DNA of 64,000 bases from an uncultured Acidimicrobiales bacterium (GCA_963800235.1 CAWDAD010000003.1:776299-840298); one strand, 5' to 3'; positions 19,515 through 28,799 are shown, counted from the first letter of the stretch. The notes: generated by a model not told the origin, from the letters alone. Numbers and translations: made by a program.

Positions 19515-20855
19515 TCAGGCGCCGTGGCGGCGGAACAGGGTGATGCGGTCCTCGCCGACCTGCTCGCGGAACTCGGGGTCGTCGATGCCCTGGCCCTCTT
19601 CGGGGGCGAGGCAGAGCACGCCGATCTTGCCCTCGTGCAGGTTCTTGTGGACCGAGTAGGCGGCGTCGCCCACCTCGGTGAGCGGGTGGACGGCGGAGAG
19701 GATGGGCTGGATCTGGCCCTCGCAGATCAGCCGGTTGGCGTCCCACGCCTCCCGGTAGTTGGCGAAGTGGGAGCTGATGATGCTCTTCAGCTTCATCCAG
19801 AGGTGGCGGTTGTCGTACTCGATCATGTAGCCGCTGGTGGCGGCGCAGGTGATGACCTTGCCGCCTCGGGCGGTGACGAAGACCGAGGCGCCCATGGTCT
19901 GGCGGCCGGGGTGCTCGAAGACGATCTCCGGGTCACGGCCGACGAGGGCGCGGATGTCCTTGCCGAAGCGGCGCCACTCGGACTCGTCCTGGGTGTGGGG
20001 GTCGGACCAGAAGCGGTAGCCGTTGGCCTTGCGGTCGATGACCGCCTCGCAGCCGAGGTCCTTCAGCAGCTCGACCTTCTCGGGCGAGGAGACGACGCCG
20101 ACCGGGGTGCCGCCGCCGTTCAGCACGTACTGCACGGCGTAGCCGCCGAGGCCGCCGGATGCTCCCCAGATGAGCACGACGTCGCCCTGCTTCATGTGCC
20201 CGGCGTGGTGGCTGACCAGCATGCGGTAGCTCGTCGAGTTGGTCAGCGCGTTGCAGGCCGCCTCCTCCCAGGTGAGGTGCCGGGGCTTGGGCATGAGCTG
20301 GTTGGCCTTGACGAGGGCCAGGTCGGCCAGGCCGCCGAAGTTGGTCTCGAAGCCCCAGATGCGCTGGTTGGCGGCCAGCATCGAGTCGTCGTGGGCCGAG
20401 GGGTCCTGGTCGTCGACGTGGTTGCAGTGGATGGTCACCCGGTCGCCCGGCTTCCAGTTGCGCACCGCCGAGCCGACCTTGAGCACCACGCCGGCGCCGT
20501 CGGAGCCGACCACGTGGTACGGCAGGTCGTGGCGCTTGCCCCACACGCTCTCCTTGCCCAGCCGGGAGAGGAAGGCGAAGGTGGGCAGCGGCTCGAAGAT
20601 CGAGGTCCACACCGTGTTGAAGTTGATGGCGCTCGCCATCTGGGCCACGTACACCTCGTCGGGCGCCAGCTCGGGGGTGGCGACCTCGTCGACGTGCAGG
20701 GACTTGCGCGGGTCTTTGTCGTCGGACTCCATCCCCTCGAACATGTCGGCCTCGTCCTTCTTGACGAAGGCGGCCCGGTAGGACTCGGGGATGGCCAGCC
20801 CGGCGATGTCGTCGCCGGACGCGCCGGACTGGATGGCGTCGAGGATCTCCTGCAT
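19515..20855 (-). CDS. ccr: Crotonyl-CoA carboxylase/reductase
   Basis: 446 aa from ATG 20855 (MQEILDAIQSG...). Near-colinear with Streptomyces Ccr: KDPRKS, FETNFGGLAD, IWGASGGLG, HPGRQTMGASVFV, GKIGVLCLAPEEG. Confidence 0.9.
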   Translation of the reverse strand: MQEILDAIQSGASGDDIAGLAIPESYRAAFVKKDEADMFEGMESDDKDPRKSLHVDEVATPELAPDEVYVAQMASAINFNTVWTSIFEPLPTFAFLSRLGKESVWGKRHDLPYHVVGSDGAGVVLKVGSAVRNWKPGDRVTIHCNHVDDQDPSAHDDSMLAANQRIWGFETNFGGLADLALVKANQLMPKPRHLTWEEAACNALTNSTSYRMLVSHHAGHMKQGDVVLIWGASGGLGGYAVQYVLNGGGTPVGVVSSPEKVELLKDLGCEAVIDRKANGYRFWSDPHTQDESEWRRFGKDIRALVGRDPEIVFEHPGRQTMGASVFVTARGGKVITCAATSGYMIEYDNRHLWMKLKSIISSHFANYREAWDANRLICEGQIQPILSAVHPLTEVGDAAYSVHKNLHEGKIGVLCLAPEEGQGIDDPEFREQVGEDRITLFRRHGA

Positions 20856-21030
20856 GGGCCGCAGGTTAGGTCGTCGGAACGCGCCGGCCTTCGGTCGGGC
20901 CGGGCGGCCCGGGGTCGGTCCGGAGCGGCGAAATCGGGCGAAACCTTGACAACCGGGCCGCCGGTCCGATGAGAGGGGGCGGCCGTACACTCGTCCGCCT
21001 CCGAGGCCGCCAGAGGAAAGGGACTCCCCC

Positions 21031-21999
21031 ATGGCGTTGACCCCCGAAGAGATCAAGTCGAAGCACTTCGTCGTCGGGCTCCGCGGCTACGACAAGGACG
21101 AGGTCAACGCCTTCCTCGCCGAGGTGGCCGACGAGCTGGCCACCGCTCGCGATGTCGGCGTCGGCGGCGGCAAGGACGACGACGCCAAGGCCAAGGCGAA
21201 GGCCAAGGCCGAGAAGATCCTGGCCGAGGCCGAGCAGCAGGCCCGCGACACCGTCGCCTCCGCCCAGGAGCAGGCCGACAGGCTCCTGGCCGACGCCAAG
21301 GCCAGCGGCGGTGCCGCGAAGGCACCGGCCGCCGCCGAGGGCGAACCCGGCGCCTCCGCCGCCGACACCTACGCCAAGGCCGGCGAGCAGGTGGCCGCGG
21401 TGCTGCGGGTCGCCGAGGAGCAGGCCGCCGCCATGCGGGCCGATGCCGAGAAGGCTGCCGCCGCCATCATCGAGAAGGCCGGGGCCGACGCCGACGAGAC
21501 CCGGAAGGCCGCCGAGGGCTACGCCGCCGACGCCCGGGCCGACGCCGACCGGTACGCCGAGCAGGCCAAGGCCGACGCCGACCAGGCCGTCGAGGCCAAG
21601 CGGGTCGAGGCCGAGACCGACCGCGAGGCCGCCTCCCGGGCGCTCAGCGACGCCCAGGCGGAGGCGCTCGGCCTGGTGGCCGACGCCGAGGCCCGCGCCA
21701 AGCGGATGCTCGACGCCACCGAGGAGAAGGCGCGCCACCAGGCCGACGAGGTGCTGGCGTCCGCCCGCTCCGAGTACGCCCAGCTCCGCCAGCAGCACGC
21801 CGAGCTGAGCGACCGGCTGCGCCGCACCCACGACCAGCTCACCCACGCCCTCGAGACCGTCGGCGCCCTCGACGACGACGCGCTGCCCGCCACCGCCGCC
21901 GTCACCGACGACGAGGCCGGCGACCAGGGTGGGACCGAGGGGGCCGGCCACGCCGACGCCGAGTCGGCCACCGCCGGCGCCTCGAGCTCCGGCTCGTAG
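21031..21999 (+). CDS. DivIVA domain-containing protein (Ala/Glu-rich coiled coil)
   Basis: 322 aa. [35 protein letters not shown] is the canonical DivIVA N-terminal domain. The rest is low-complexity coiled coil. Confidence 0.8.
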   Translation: MALTPEEIKSKHFVVGLRGYDKDEVNAFLAEVADELATARDVGVGGGKDDDAKAKAKAKAEKILAEAEQQARDTVASAQEQADRLLADAKASGGAAKAPAAAEGEPGASAADTYAKAGEQVAAVLRVAEEQAAAMRADAEKAAAAIIEKAGADADETRKAAEGYAADARADADRYAEQAKADADQAVEAKRVEAETDREAASRALSDAQAEALGLVADAEARAKRMLDATEEKARHQADEVLASARSEYAQLRQQHAELSDRLRRTHDQLTHALETVGALDDDALPATAAVTDDEAGDQGGTEGAGHADAESATAGASSSGS

Positions 22000-22084
22000 C
22001 CCCGAGCGGGACCGCCTTTTCGGCGGGGTGGGGGAGGCCGGTAGCCTTGGCCGCCCACCACCACCTCGATCGGGGGATCCCGTC

Positions 22085-23270
22085 ATGGCCGGTTCCGTCA
22101 TCCTCTCGGGCGCCCGCACGCCCATCGGCAAGCTCTCCGGGGCGCTGGCGTCCTTCAGCGGCACCGACCTGGGCGGGTTCGCCATCAAGGCGGCGCTCGA
22201 CCGCGCCGGCATCCGGCCCGACCAGGTCGACTACGTGTTCATGGGCCAGGTGCTGCAGGCCGGCGCCGGGCAGATCACCGCCCGCCAGGCGGCGGTCAAC
22301 GCCGGCATCCCCATGTCGACGCCCGCCACCACCGTCAACAAGGTGTGCCTGTCGGGGCTCAACGCCATCCACCTGGCCGACCTGATGATCCAGCGCCGGC
22401 GAGGCCGACATCGTGGTGGCCGGCGGCATGGAGTCCATGACCAACGCGCCGTACCTGCTCCCGGGCGCCCGGGCCGGCTACCGGGCCGGCGACAAGACCG
22501 TCGTCGACTCGATGATGTACGACGGCCTCTTCTGCGCCTTCGACCAGTGCGCCATGGGCGCCGGCACCGAGAAGTACGCCGCGTCCGCCGGCATCGACCG
22601 CCAGCCCCAGGACGAGCTGGCCGCCCAGTCCCACCAGCGGGCCGCCGAGGCCGCCGAAGAACGGCCTGTTCGACGACGAGATCGTCCCGGTCGAGGTGCC
22701 CCAGCGGCAAGCGGCGACCCGATCGTGGTCGACACCGACGAGGGCGTCCGCGGCGACACCACCGCCGACAGCCTCGGCGGGCTGCGCCCGGCGTTCGACA
22801 AGGCCGGCAACATCACCGCCGGCAACGCCAGCCAGCTCTCCGACGGCGGCGCCGCCGTGATCGTCACCTCGCCCGAGAAGGCCGACGAGCTGGGCATCGA
22901 CCCCATGGCCCAGATCGTCGGCTACGGCCAGGTCGCCGGGCCCGACCCGTCCCTGCTCACCCAGCCGGCCCGGGCCATCAAGGTCGCCCTCGAGCGCTCC
23001 GGCAAGCAGCTCGGCGACATCGACCTGTTCGAGCTCAACGAGGCCTTCGCCGCGGTCGGCCTGGCCTCGATGGACGACCTCGGCATCACCGACGAGGTCA
23101 CCAACGTCAACGGCGGGGCCATCGCCCTCGGCCACCCCATCGGCATGTCCGGCACCCGCCTGGCGCTGCACATGCTCAACGAGCTGCAGCGCCGTGGCGG
23201 CGGGCTCGGCGCGGCCGCCCTCTGCGGCGGCGGCGGCCAGGGCGACGCCGTCCTGTTCCAGGTGTCGTAG
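22085..23270 (+). pseudogene. Acetyl-CoA C-acetyltransferase (thiolase) gene disrupted by several single-base frameshifts
   Basis: Thiolase N-terminus reads from ATG 22085 ([11 protein letters not shown]...CLSGL) to about 22397. There an extra C breaks the frame (expected ...[19 protein letters not shown]). The reading resumes as ORF 22413..23270. Around 22660-22700 three further extra bases replace the conserved ...[22 protein letters not shown] with [27 protein letters not shown]. The C-terminal catalytic motifs are intact ([28 protein letters not shown]). Confidence 0.6.
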
Positions 23271-23297
23271 CAGAAGCAGAGCTTCCGCCGCTCCCGC

Positions 23298-23903
23298 TCA
23301 GGCGTCGACGTCCCGACGGCCTTCGAGGGCGCGTCCGAGGGTCAGCTCGTCGGCGTACTCGAGGTCGCCGCCCACCGGCAGCCCGCTGGCGATGCGGGTG
23401 ACGGTGAGCCCGAGCGGCTTCAGCAGCCGGCCCAGGTACATGGCGGTGGCCTCGCCCTCGATGTTGGGGTTGGTGCACAGGATGATCTCGGTGACGCCCT
23501 CGGGCTCGAGACGGGCCAGGAGCTCCTTCACCCGCAGCTGATCGGGACCGATGCCCTCGATCGGGCTGATGGCGCCCTGCAGCACGTGGTAGCGGCCCCG
23601 GAACTCCTGGGTCTTCTCGACCGCCACCAGGTCCTTGGGCTCCTCCACCACGCAGATCACCGCCGCGTCACGGCGGTCGTCGGCGCAGATGCCGCACAGC
23701 TCGCCCTCGGCCACGTTGAAGCACCGGCTGCACCAGGCCACCTTCTCCTTGGCGTCGGTGATGGCCTGGGCCAGCCGGCCGGCGTCGAGCTTCGACAGCT
23801 TGAGCAGGTGGAAGGCGATGCGCTGGGCCGACTTCGGCCCGACGCCCGGCAGCTTGCCCAGCTCGTCGATCAGGTCCTGGACCGGACCGGCGTAGACGGC
23901 CAC
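23298..23903 (-). CDS. recR: Recombination protein RecR
   Basis: 201 aa. Hh[19 protein letters not shown]4 zinc finger [16 protein letters not shown], Toprim ICVVEEPKD... Confidence 0.9.
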   Translation of the reverse strand: MAVYAGPVQDLIDELGKLPGVGPKSAQRIAFHLLKLSKLDAGRLAQAITDAKEKVAWCSRCFNVAEGELCGICADDRRDAAVICVVEEPKDLVAVEKTQEFRGRYHVLQGAISPIEGIGPDQLRVKELLARLEPEGVTEIILCTNPNIEGEATAMYLGRLLKPLGLTVTRIASGLPVGGDLEYADELTLGRALEGRRDVDA

Positions 23904-23906
23904 GCC

Positions 23907-24341
23907 CTAGCTGCCGCCGAGCAGGCCGCCGAGGCCCCCGAGGTCGAGGCCGCCCATCGAGTGGGACTGCAGCTCCTGCACCCGCTCGGTGACGTCGTGG
24001 AGGGCGGCGAGCACCAGGTCCTGCAGCATCTCGACGTCGGCGGGGTCGACCGCGTCGGGGTCGATGTGCACGGCGGTGAAGTGGCCGTCGCCGGTGGCGG
24101 TGACGCGCACCACCCCGCCGCCGGCCACGCCGGCGACCTCGGTGGCGGCCGCCTGCTCCTGGGCCTCGACCATCTGCTGCTGCATGGACGACGCCTGCTC
24201 GAGCAGGGCGCCGAGGTCGAGGCCGCCACCGAGGGCGGCGAAGGGGTCGGCGGTGGGCTGCTCGGCGCCGGACGGGGCGGCCACCTCGTCGGGCGAGATC
24301 GGCTCGCGGGGAACCGGGTGCTGGTCGTCAGGGTCGGTCAC
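23907..24341 (-). CDS. ybaB: YbaB/EbfC family nucleoid-associated protein
   Basis: 144 aa. ...QQQMVEAQEQAAATEVAGVAGGGVVRVTATGDGHFTAVHIDPDAVDP.. Conserved position between dnaX and recR. Confidence 0.85.
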   Translation of the reverse strand: MTDPDDQHPVPREPISPDEVAAPSGAEQPTADPFAALGGGLDLGALLEQASSMQQQMVEAQEQAAATEVAGVAGGGVVRVTATGDGHFTAVHIDPDAVDPADVEMLQDLVLAALHDVTERVQELQSHSMGGLDLGGLGGLLGGS

Positions 24342-24426
24342 GGCTGCTCCTGGTCCTCGTCATGTGCGCCGGCGCGTCGGTCGGGCCGGTGGTCGTCGGG
24401 CGTCCCCATCTGGGAAGCCGCGCGGG

Positions 24427-26478
24427 TCAGTCGCCATCGAGCAGCTCGGCGCCGGGGAACGCGTCGGTGAGGCGGGCGATGTGGTCGGCAGGCACGTCGG
24501 TGGCCGGCTCGAGGTCGTGGTGGTCGAACGGCTCGTCGTCGGGGTGTGGGCCGCCGCCGACGGCGTCAGCACCCCGGGCGGATGCCGAGGGGCCGCCTGC
24601 ACCCGAGTCCCCCGAGGTACCGGACGTCTCGGGCCGGCCGGCCACCTGTCCTCCCCCGCCCGAGCGCCCCGAACCCGACCCTCGGGCCGTTCCGCCGCCG
24701 GAGGCGCTGCCGGGATCGAGGAGGGAGTCCTGCTTCGGGCCGTCACCCACGACCAGCCGGACGGGGATGGGGTGACCGAAGTGGCCGGCGAGCGCCTCGG
24801 TGAGCTGGTCGACCTTGGTGGCGCACCGGTCGCGGTGCGGGGCGTTGGGGAGGGCGACGATGACCGTGCCCCGGTCGACGTCGGCCACGTGCCCGGCCGA
24901 GAACATGGCCTTGGTCAGCCCGGAGAGCTTGGGCAGCACCGCGTCGGTCCACGCCGAGCGCACCGTCCGCAGGTCGATGGCGTCGTCCGGTTCGGCCGAG
25001 GGTGCCGCCTCGGCGCCGCCCGCCGGCTCGTCCGCCGCCGAGGAGCCGGCGGCGGGTGGCTCGCTGGTCGGACGCTCGCCGCCCGGTTCCGACGACGACG
25101 GGGCTGTCGACGGGGCCGGGCCGGACGGGGCCGGGCCGGACGGGGCCGGGCCGGACGGGGCCGGGCCGGACGGGGCCGGGCCGGACGGGGCCGACGGTGG
25201 GACGGGCGGTGGTGGGGGCGGGGGCGGCGCGCTCCGAGCCTGCAGGTTCGCCATGGCCCGCTGCGCCGGCGAACCGGCGGCCGGGCCGGCACCAGCCGCG
25301 CTCGACCCGGCGTCGGACGAGGACCCGGCATCGCCGGCTCCCGTTCCGGTCGCGGCCGCGGCGCCACCCGCGGCGCCACCTGCCGCGAGCCGACGCTCGA
25401 GCTGCTCGATGCGGGCCACCAGCCCGTCGACGGAGGTGTCGGCGTCGGGCCGGGTGAGGCGGACCAGCGCCACCTCGAGCGGGATGCGAGGATCGGGCGC
25501 CTGGCGCATCTCGAGCAGCGCCTCGCCGACCTGCTCGAGCGCCCGGGTGGTGGCCCGGTCGGTGAAGCGGCCGGCCAGCGTCTCGACCTGCTCCTGGTCG
25601 CCGGCGGTCAGGTGGGGCAGCCGGCCGCCCATGCGGTGCAGGAAGACGTCGCGCAGGCGGCCGAGCAGCTCCTCGCCCAGCACCCGGGGGTCACGCCCGG
25701 CGGCCACCGCGTCGGCCACCGCCTGCAGGGCGAGGGCGGTGTCGTGCTCGGCGAGGGCATCGACCAGGTGGTCGACCGACTCGACCTGCTCGTCGCCCCC
25801 GCCGGCCACGATGCGGTCGAGGGCCGAGAGGGTGTCGCGGGCCGAGCCGCCGCCGGCCCGCAGCACCTGGGCCACGGCGTCGTCGTCGACGTGCAGCTCG
25901 GCGTCCTGGGCCACCCAGCGGACGTGCTGCTCGAGCACCTCGGCGGGCAGCAGGTGGAACTCGAAGTGCTGGGTGCGGCTGCGGATGGTGGGCAGCACCT
26001 TGTGCGGGTCGGTGGTGGCCAGCACGAAGACCACGTGGGGTGGCGGCTCCTCGAGGGTCTTCAGCAGGGCGTTCGAGGCCGCCGCCGTCAGCATGTGGAC
26101 CTCGTCGAGGATGTACACCTTGGTGCGGCCCGGCGAGCCCAGCGCCACCCGGTCGATCAGCGTGCGCATCGCCTCGACGCCGCTGTTGGAGGCGGCGTCG
26201 AGCTCCTGCAGGTCGTAGCTGCGACCGGCCTCCATGGCCAGGCACGACTCGCAGGCGCAGTCGGGCTCGCCGGCCTGCGGATCGGTGCAGTTGAGCGCCT
26301 TGGCCAGGATGCGGGCGGTCGAGGTCTTGCCCGTGCCCCGGGGACCGCTGAACAGGTAGGCGTGGCCCACGCGGCCGTCGCGCACGGCGTTGCGCAGGGC
26401 GGTGGTGACCGGCTCCTGGCCCAGCACCTCGGCGAACCGACGCGGCCGGTAGCGCCGGTAGAGGGACTGGTACGCCAT
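24427..26478 (-). CDS. dnaX: DNA polymerase III subunit gamma/tau
   Basis: 683 aa from ATG 26478 (MAYQSLYRRYRPRRFAEVLGQE...). GPRGTGKTSTARILAKALNC, zinc module CxxC...C, sensor motifs. Central Pro/Ala/Ser/Gly repeat linker. The long upstream in-frame extension to 26952 is an artefact. Confidence 0.9.
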   Translation of the reverse strand: MAYQSLYRRYRPRRFAEVLGQEPVTTALRNAVRDGRVGHAYLFSGPRGTGKTSTARILAKALNCTDPQAGEPDCACESCLAMEAGRSYDLQELDAASNSGVEAMRTLIDRVALGSPGRTKVYILDEVHMLTAAASNALLKTLEEPPPHVVFVLATTDPHKVLPTIRSRTQHFEFHLLPAEVLEQHVRWVAQDAELHVDDDAVAQVLRAGGGSARDTLSALDRIVAGGGDEQVESVDHLVDALAEHDTALALQAVADAVAAGRDPRVLGEELLGRLRDVFLHRMGGRLPHLTAGDQEQVETLAGRFTDRATTRALEQVGEALLEMRQAPDPRIPLEVALVRLTRPDADTSVDGLVARIEQLERRLAAGGAAGGAAAATGTGAGDAGSSSDAGSSAAGAGPAAGSPAQRAMANLQARSAPPPPPPPPVPPSAPSGPAPSGPAPSGPAPSGPAPSGPAPSTAPSSSEPGGERPTSEPPAAGSSAADEPAGGAEAAPSAEPDDAIDLRTVRSAWTDAVLPKLSGLTKAMFSAGHVADVDRGTVIVALPNAPHRDRCATKVDQLTEALAGHFGHPIPVRLVVGDGPKQDSLLDPGSASGGGTARGSGSGRSGGGGQVAGRPETSGTSGDSGAGGPSASARGADAVGGGPHPDDEPFDHHDLEPATDVPADHIARLTDAFPGAELLDGD
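25121..25195. repeat. Perfect 15-nt tandem repeat x5 (cggggccgggccgga) inside dnaX, coding (PAPSG)n
   Basis: Visible directly at 25121-25195. Confidence 0.85.
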
Positions 26479-26514
26479 CGGTTCCGAGCCTACCGATGCC
26501 CACCGACCCCCTCG

Positions 26515-26640
26515 CCGGGCCCGGCTGGTGTCCGGCGGGGACGGCCGATCGGGAGGTCGTGTGCAGCTGTTCGTCTCCACGACGAACTTCTGCACACCGG
26601 GCCCACCGGGCCGGGGCTCGTCGGCGGTGACGACGCCCGG
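26515..26640 (-). ncRNA. ffs: Probable signal recognition particle RNA (small bacterial SRP / 4.5S-like) immediately upstream of dnaX; boundaries approximate
   Basis: 217-nt non-coding gap upstream of dnaX, on the same strand. ffs-dnaX-ybaB-recR is a widely conserved arrangement. The minus strand forms a long imperfect hairpin: GUGUGCAG-AA-GUUCGUC-GUGGA-GACGAAC-AG-CUGCACAC with apex near 26578. It has a CAG / A-rich internal loop on the 5' side and an ACAGCUGC on the 3' side, reminiscent of SRP domain IV. It has no GGAA tetraloop, so confidence is modest. Confidence 0.4.
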
Positions 26641-26695
26641 GGGATCGACGAGGCGACGATCGGGCCGCCCGCCGGTCCCGGTCGTTCGAGGTGGA

Positions 26696-28093
26696 TCAGC
26701 CGTCCAGGCGACGGCGTCGGGAGGCCACCAGGAGGGCGGACCCGAGGGCCAGGGCGACCAGGCCGACGACACCCGGCACGACCAGGTCGCTGCCGGTCCG
26801 GGCCAGCGACAGGGAGCCGGTGGTCGGCGAGGTACCCGTCGAGCCGGTCGTCCCGGTGGTGCCGGAGGTCCCCAGCTGGCCCGTCGACCCGCTGGTGTCC
26901 GTGGTCGACCCGGTGGTCCCCGACGATCCCGTGGTCCCGACCGAGCCGGCACCCGACGTCCCCGACGTGACGCCGTTCCCCGATCCGGTGGTCCCGGACG
27001 TGGTCCCGCCTCCCGTTCCGGTGCTCGACGGGCCGGCGGTCGTGGTCAGCGGCTGGGTGGTGGACGTGGCGGCTGACGTGGACGGGGTCGTGACGGTCGA
27101 CGGCGGCTGGGTCGACGGCGGCTGCGTCGTCGGCGGCTGCGTCGTCGGCGGCTGCGTCGTACCCGGCTGGGTCGTCGGCGGCTGGGTCGTCGGCGGCTGG
27201 GTCGTACCCGGCTGGGTCGTCGGCGGCTGGGTCGTACCCGGCTGGGTCGTCGGCGGCTGGGTCGTACCCGGCTGGGTCGTCGGCGGCTGCGTCGTCGGCG
27301 GCTGGGTCGTACCCGGCTGCGTCGTCGGCGGCTGGGTCGTACCCGGCTGGGTCGTCGGCGGAACCGTCGTGGTCGACGAGTCGCACGTCGGCGTGCTGAT
27401 GGTGTTGGAGTCGAGCGTGACCGCGCCGTTGCGGGCGAGGAGGCGGCCGGACACGACGGCGCTGGTGTCGGCGGTGATGGAGGTGAGCGCCAGGATCGTG
27501 CCGACGAAGCTCGATGCGGTGCCCAGCGTGGCGGAGCTCCCGACCTGCCAGAACACGTTGCACGGGTCGGCCCCGTTGACGAGGCGCACGGAGCTGGCGG
27601 ACCCGGTGATGAGCGTGCTGCTCGCCTGCATGATGAAGACCGAGCTGGCGTCGCCCTGCGCGTCGAAGGTCAGCGTGCCGTTGAGGCTCAGGGTCGGCCC
27701 CGCGTACACGCCGGCCGTCAGCGTCTGGCCGGCGAGGTCGGCCGAGATCGATCCGCTCGGCGAACGACCAGCAGCATCGTCGTAGGCGGTGGTGAGGTCG
27801 GCCTGGGCCTGGTCGGAGGCAGCGGTCCCGTGGATGGTGCCGTTCACCACGACGCCAGGGGGGAAGCCGGTGATCGCGCTACCGGGGCTCAGCCCGACGT
27901 CGCCGCTGATGAGGGACGGACCGGTGTTGGTCACCGTCGAGCCGCCGAGGACGGCGAAGCTCTGCGTCGTGCCCAGACCCACCGTCGGTTCGGCAGCCGA
28001 CGCCTGACCGCTGCTCACGATCGCCATGGCCGCGGCCACGATCAGGGCCAGGGCGACGACGAGGTGAGCTGAGCGTGTGCGGCGAGCGTGCAT
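26696..28093 (-). CDS. Sortase-anchored (LAXTG) cell-surface protein with an N-terminal ice-binding-like DUF3494 domain and a long Thr/Pro/Gln repeat stalk
   Basis: From ATG 28093: signal peptide (MHARRTRSAHLVVALALIVAAAMAIVSSGQASA). DUF3494 pattern (FAVLGGSTVTNTG...GDVGLSPG...NVFWQVGSSATLGT...GRLLARNGAVTLDSNTI). (PTTQPGTTQP)n repeats. C-terminal LARTG + hydrophobic helix + RRRR sorting signal. An alternative ATG at 28126 exists. Confidence 0.7.
   Translation of the reverse strand: MHARRTRSAHLVVALALIVAAAMAIVSSGQASAAEPTVGLGTTQSFAVLGGSTVTNTGPSLISGDVGLSPGSAITGFPPGVVVNGTIHGTAASDQAQADLTTAYDDAAGRSPSGSISADLAGQTLTAGVYAGPTLSLNGTLTFDAQGDASSVFIMQASSTLITGSASSVRLVNGADPCNVFWQVGSSATLGTASSFVGTILALTSITADTSAVVSGRLLARNGAVTLDSNTISTPTCDSSTTTVPPTTQPGTTQPPTTQPGTTQPPTTQPPTTQPGTTQPPTTQPGTTQPPTTQPGTTQPPTTQPPTTQPGTTQPPTTQPPTTQPPSTQPPSTVTTPSTSAATSTTQPLTTTAGPSSTGTGGGTTSGTTGSGNGVTSGTSGAGSVGTTGSSGTTGSTTDTSGSTGQLGTSGTTGTTGSTGTSPTTGSLSLARTGSDLVVPGVVGLVALALGSALLVASRRRRLDG
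27104..27365. repeat. Tandem 15/30-nt repeats (ggctgggtcgtcggc / ggctgggtcgtaccc) coding the PTTQPGTTQP stalk
   Basis: Visible directly in the sequence. Confidence 0.85.
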
Positions 28094-28164
28094 ACCGGTC
28101 TCATCGGCTCGAACCCGGCCAAACATGAGCAGATTTTTTCTAGTTTCTGATTACACGTCTTGGA

Positions 28165-28512
28165 TTGCCCACCTGGGTGCCGCTGCGCAAGTACGGTCGT
28201 GATGTGGCCGAGTGGAGCTTCCTCACCAACCACGCCAAAGCGCTGCTCCACATCGCCCACCAGCCCGACTGCCGCCTGCGCGACATCGCCGACGCCATCG
28301 GGGTGACCGAGCGCACCGCCTACGGGATCGTGGTCGACCTCACCGAGGGCGGCTACCTGTTGAAGGAGAAGCGGGGTCGGCGCAACCGCTACCAGGTCTG
28401 CGAGGAGCTCCCGCTCCCTGACGAGCTGGAGGCCAGGCCCACCATCCGCCAGGTCCTCGATCTCTGGGTGGACCGGCGTCAGCGAGGCCGGCCCGGCCCC
28501 ACCTCCGGCTGA
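28165..28512 (+). CDS. Small winged-helix (MarR/ArsR/PadR-like) transcriptional regulator, divergent from the surface-protein gene
   Basis: About 100-115 aa. LRDIADAIGVTERTAYGIVVDLTEGGYLLKEKRGRRNRYQV is an HTH + wing. Start ambiguous (TTG 28165, GTG 28177 or GTG 28204). Confidence 0.55.
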   Translation: MPTWVPLRKYGRDVAEWSFLTNHAKALLHIAHQPDCRLRDIADAIGVTERTAYGIVVDLTEGGYLLKEKRGRRNRYQVCEELPLPDELEARPTIRQVLDLWVDRRQRGRPGPTSG

Positions 28513-28714
28513 GGGGCTGAGACCGGCCGTGGCTCGGGCGGACCGTGGGCCGCTACGATCGTCGGGCTGCCCGCTCTCGGGGGTGGCGGCCAGGTCCTGT
28601 GCAACTGCAGCCCGTGAACCGAGTCAGGGCCGGGAGGCAGCAGCTCTCAGCGGAGCCTGCGGTGTGCCGCAGATCGCCTGGTCGCCACCCCCGGGGGCGG
28701 GCATCGCTTCACCA

Positions 28715-28799
28715 GGAGGAGTGCGAGAGCGGCCGAATCGGCACGCTTGGAAAGCGTGTGTGGGGAAACTCACCGTGGGTTCGAATCCCACCTCCTCCG
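28715..28799 (+). tRNA. tRNA-Ser (anticodon GGA)
   Basis: Acceptor GGAGGAG/CTCCTCC. Anticodon stem CACGC/GCGTG with loop TTGGAAA. Long variable arm. T-arm GTGGGTTCGAATCCCAC. Discriminator G. CCA not encoded. Confidence 0.9.

Noticed and set aside
20856-21030. Calling a full promoter for divIVA/ccr from the TTGACA hexamer at 20941
   Set aside because: A lone -35 consensus with no clear TANNNT at the proper spacing. Mentioned in a finding but not annotated as a feature.
24427-26478. Programmed ribosomal frameshift site for a gamma subunit in dnaX
   Set aside because: No A AAA AAG-type slippery heptamer is present. In actinobacteria only tau is made.
25121-27365. CRISPR-like regular repeats (15-nt x5 in dnaX, 15/30-nt x about 17 at 27104-27365, 18-nt x6 at 11374-11490)
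   Set aside because: All are contiguous tandem repeats without unique spacers. They lie inside ORFs and code low-complexity peptide repeats. No cas genes.
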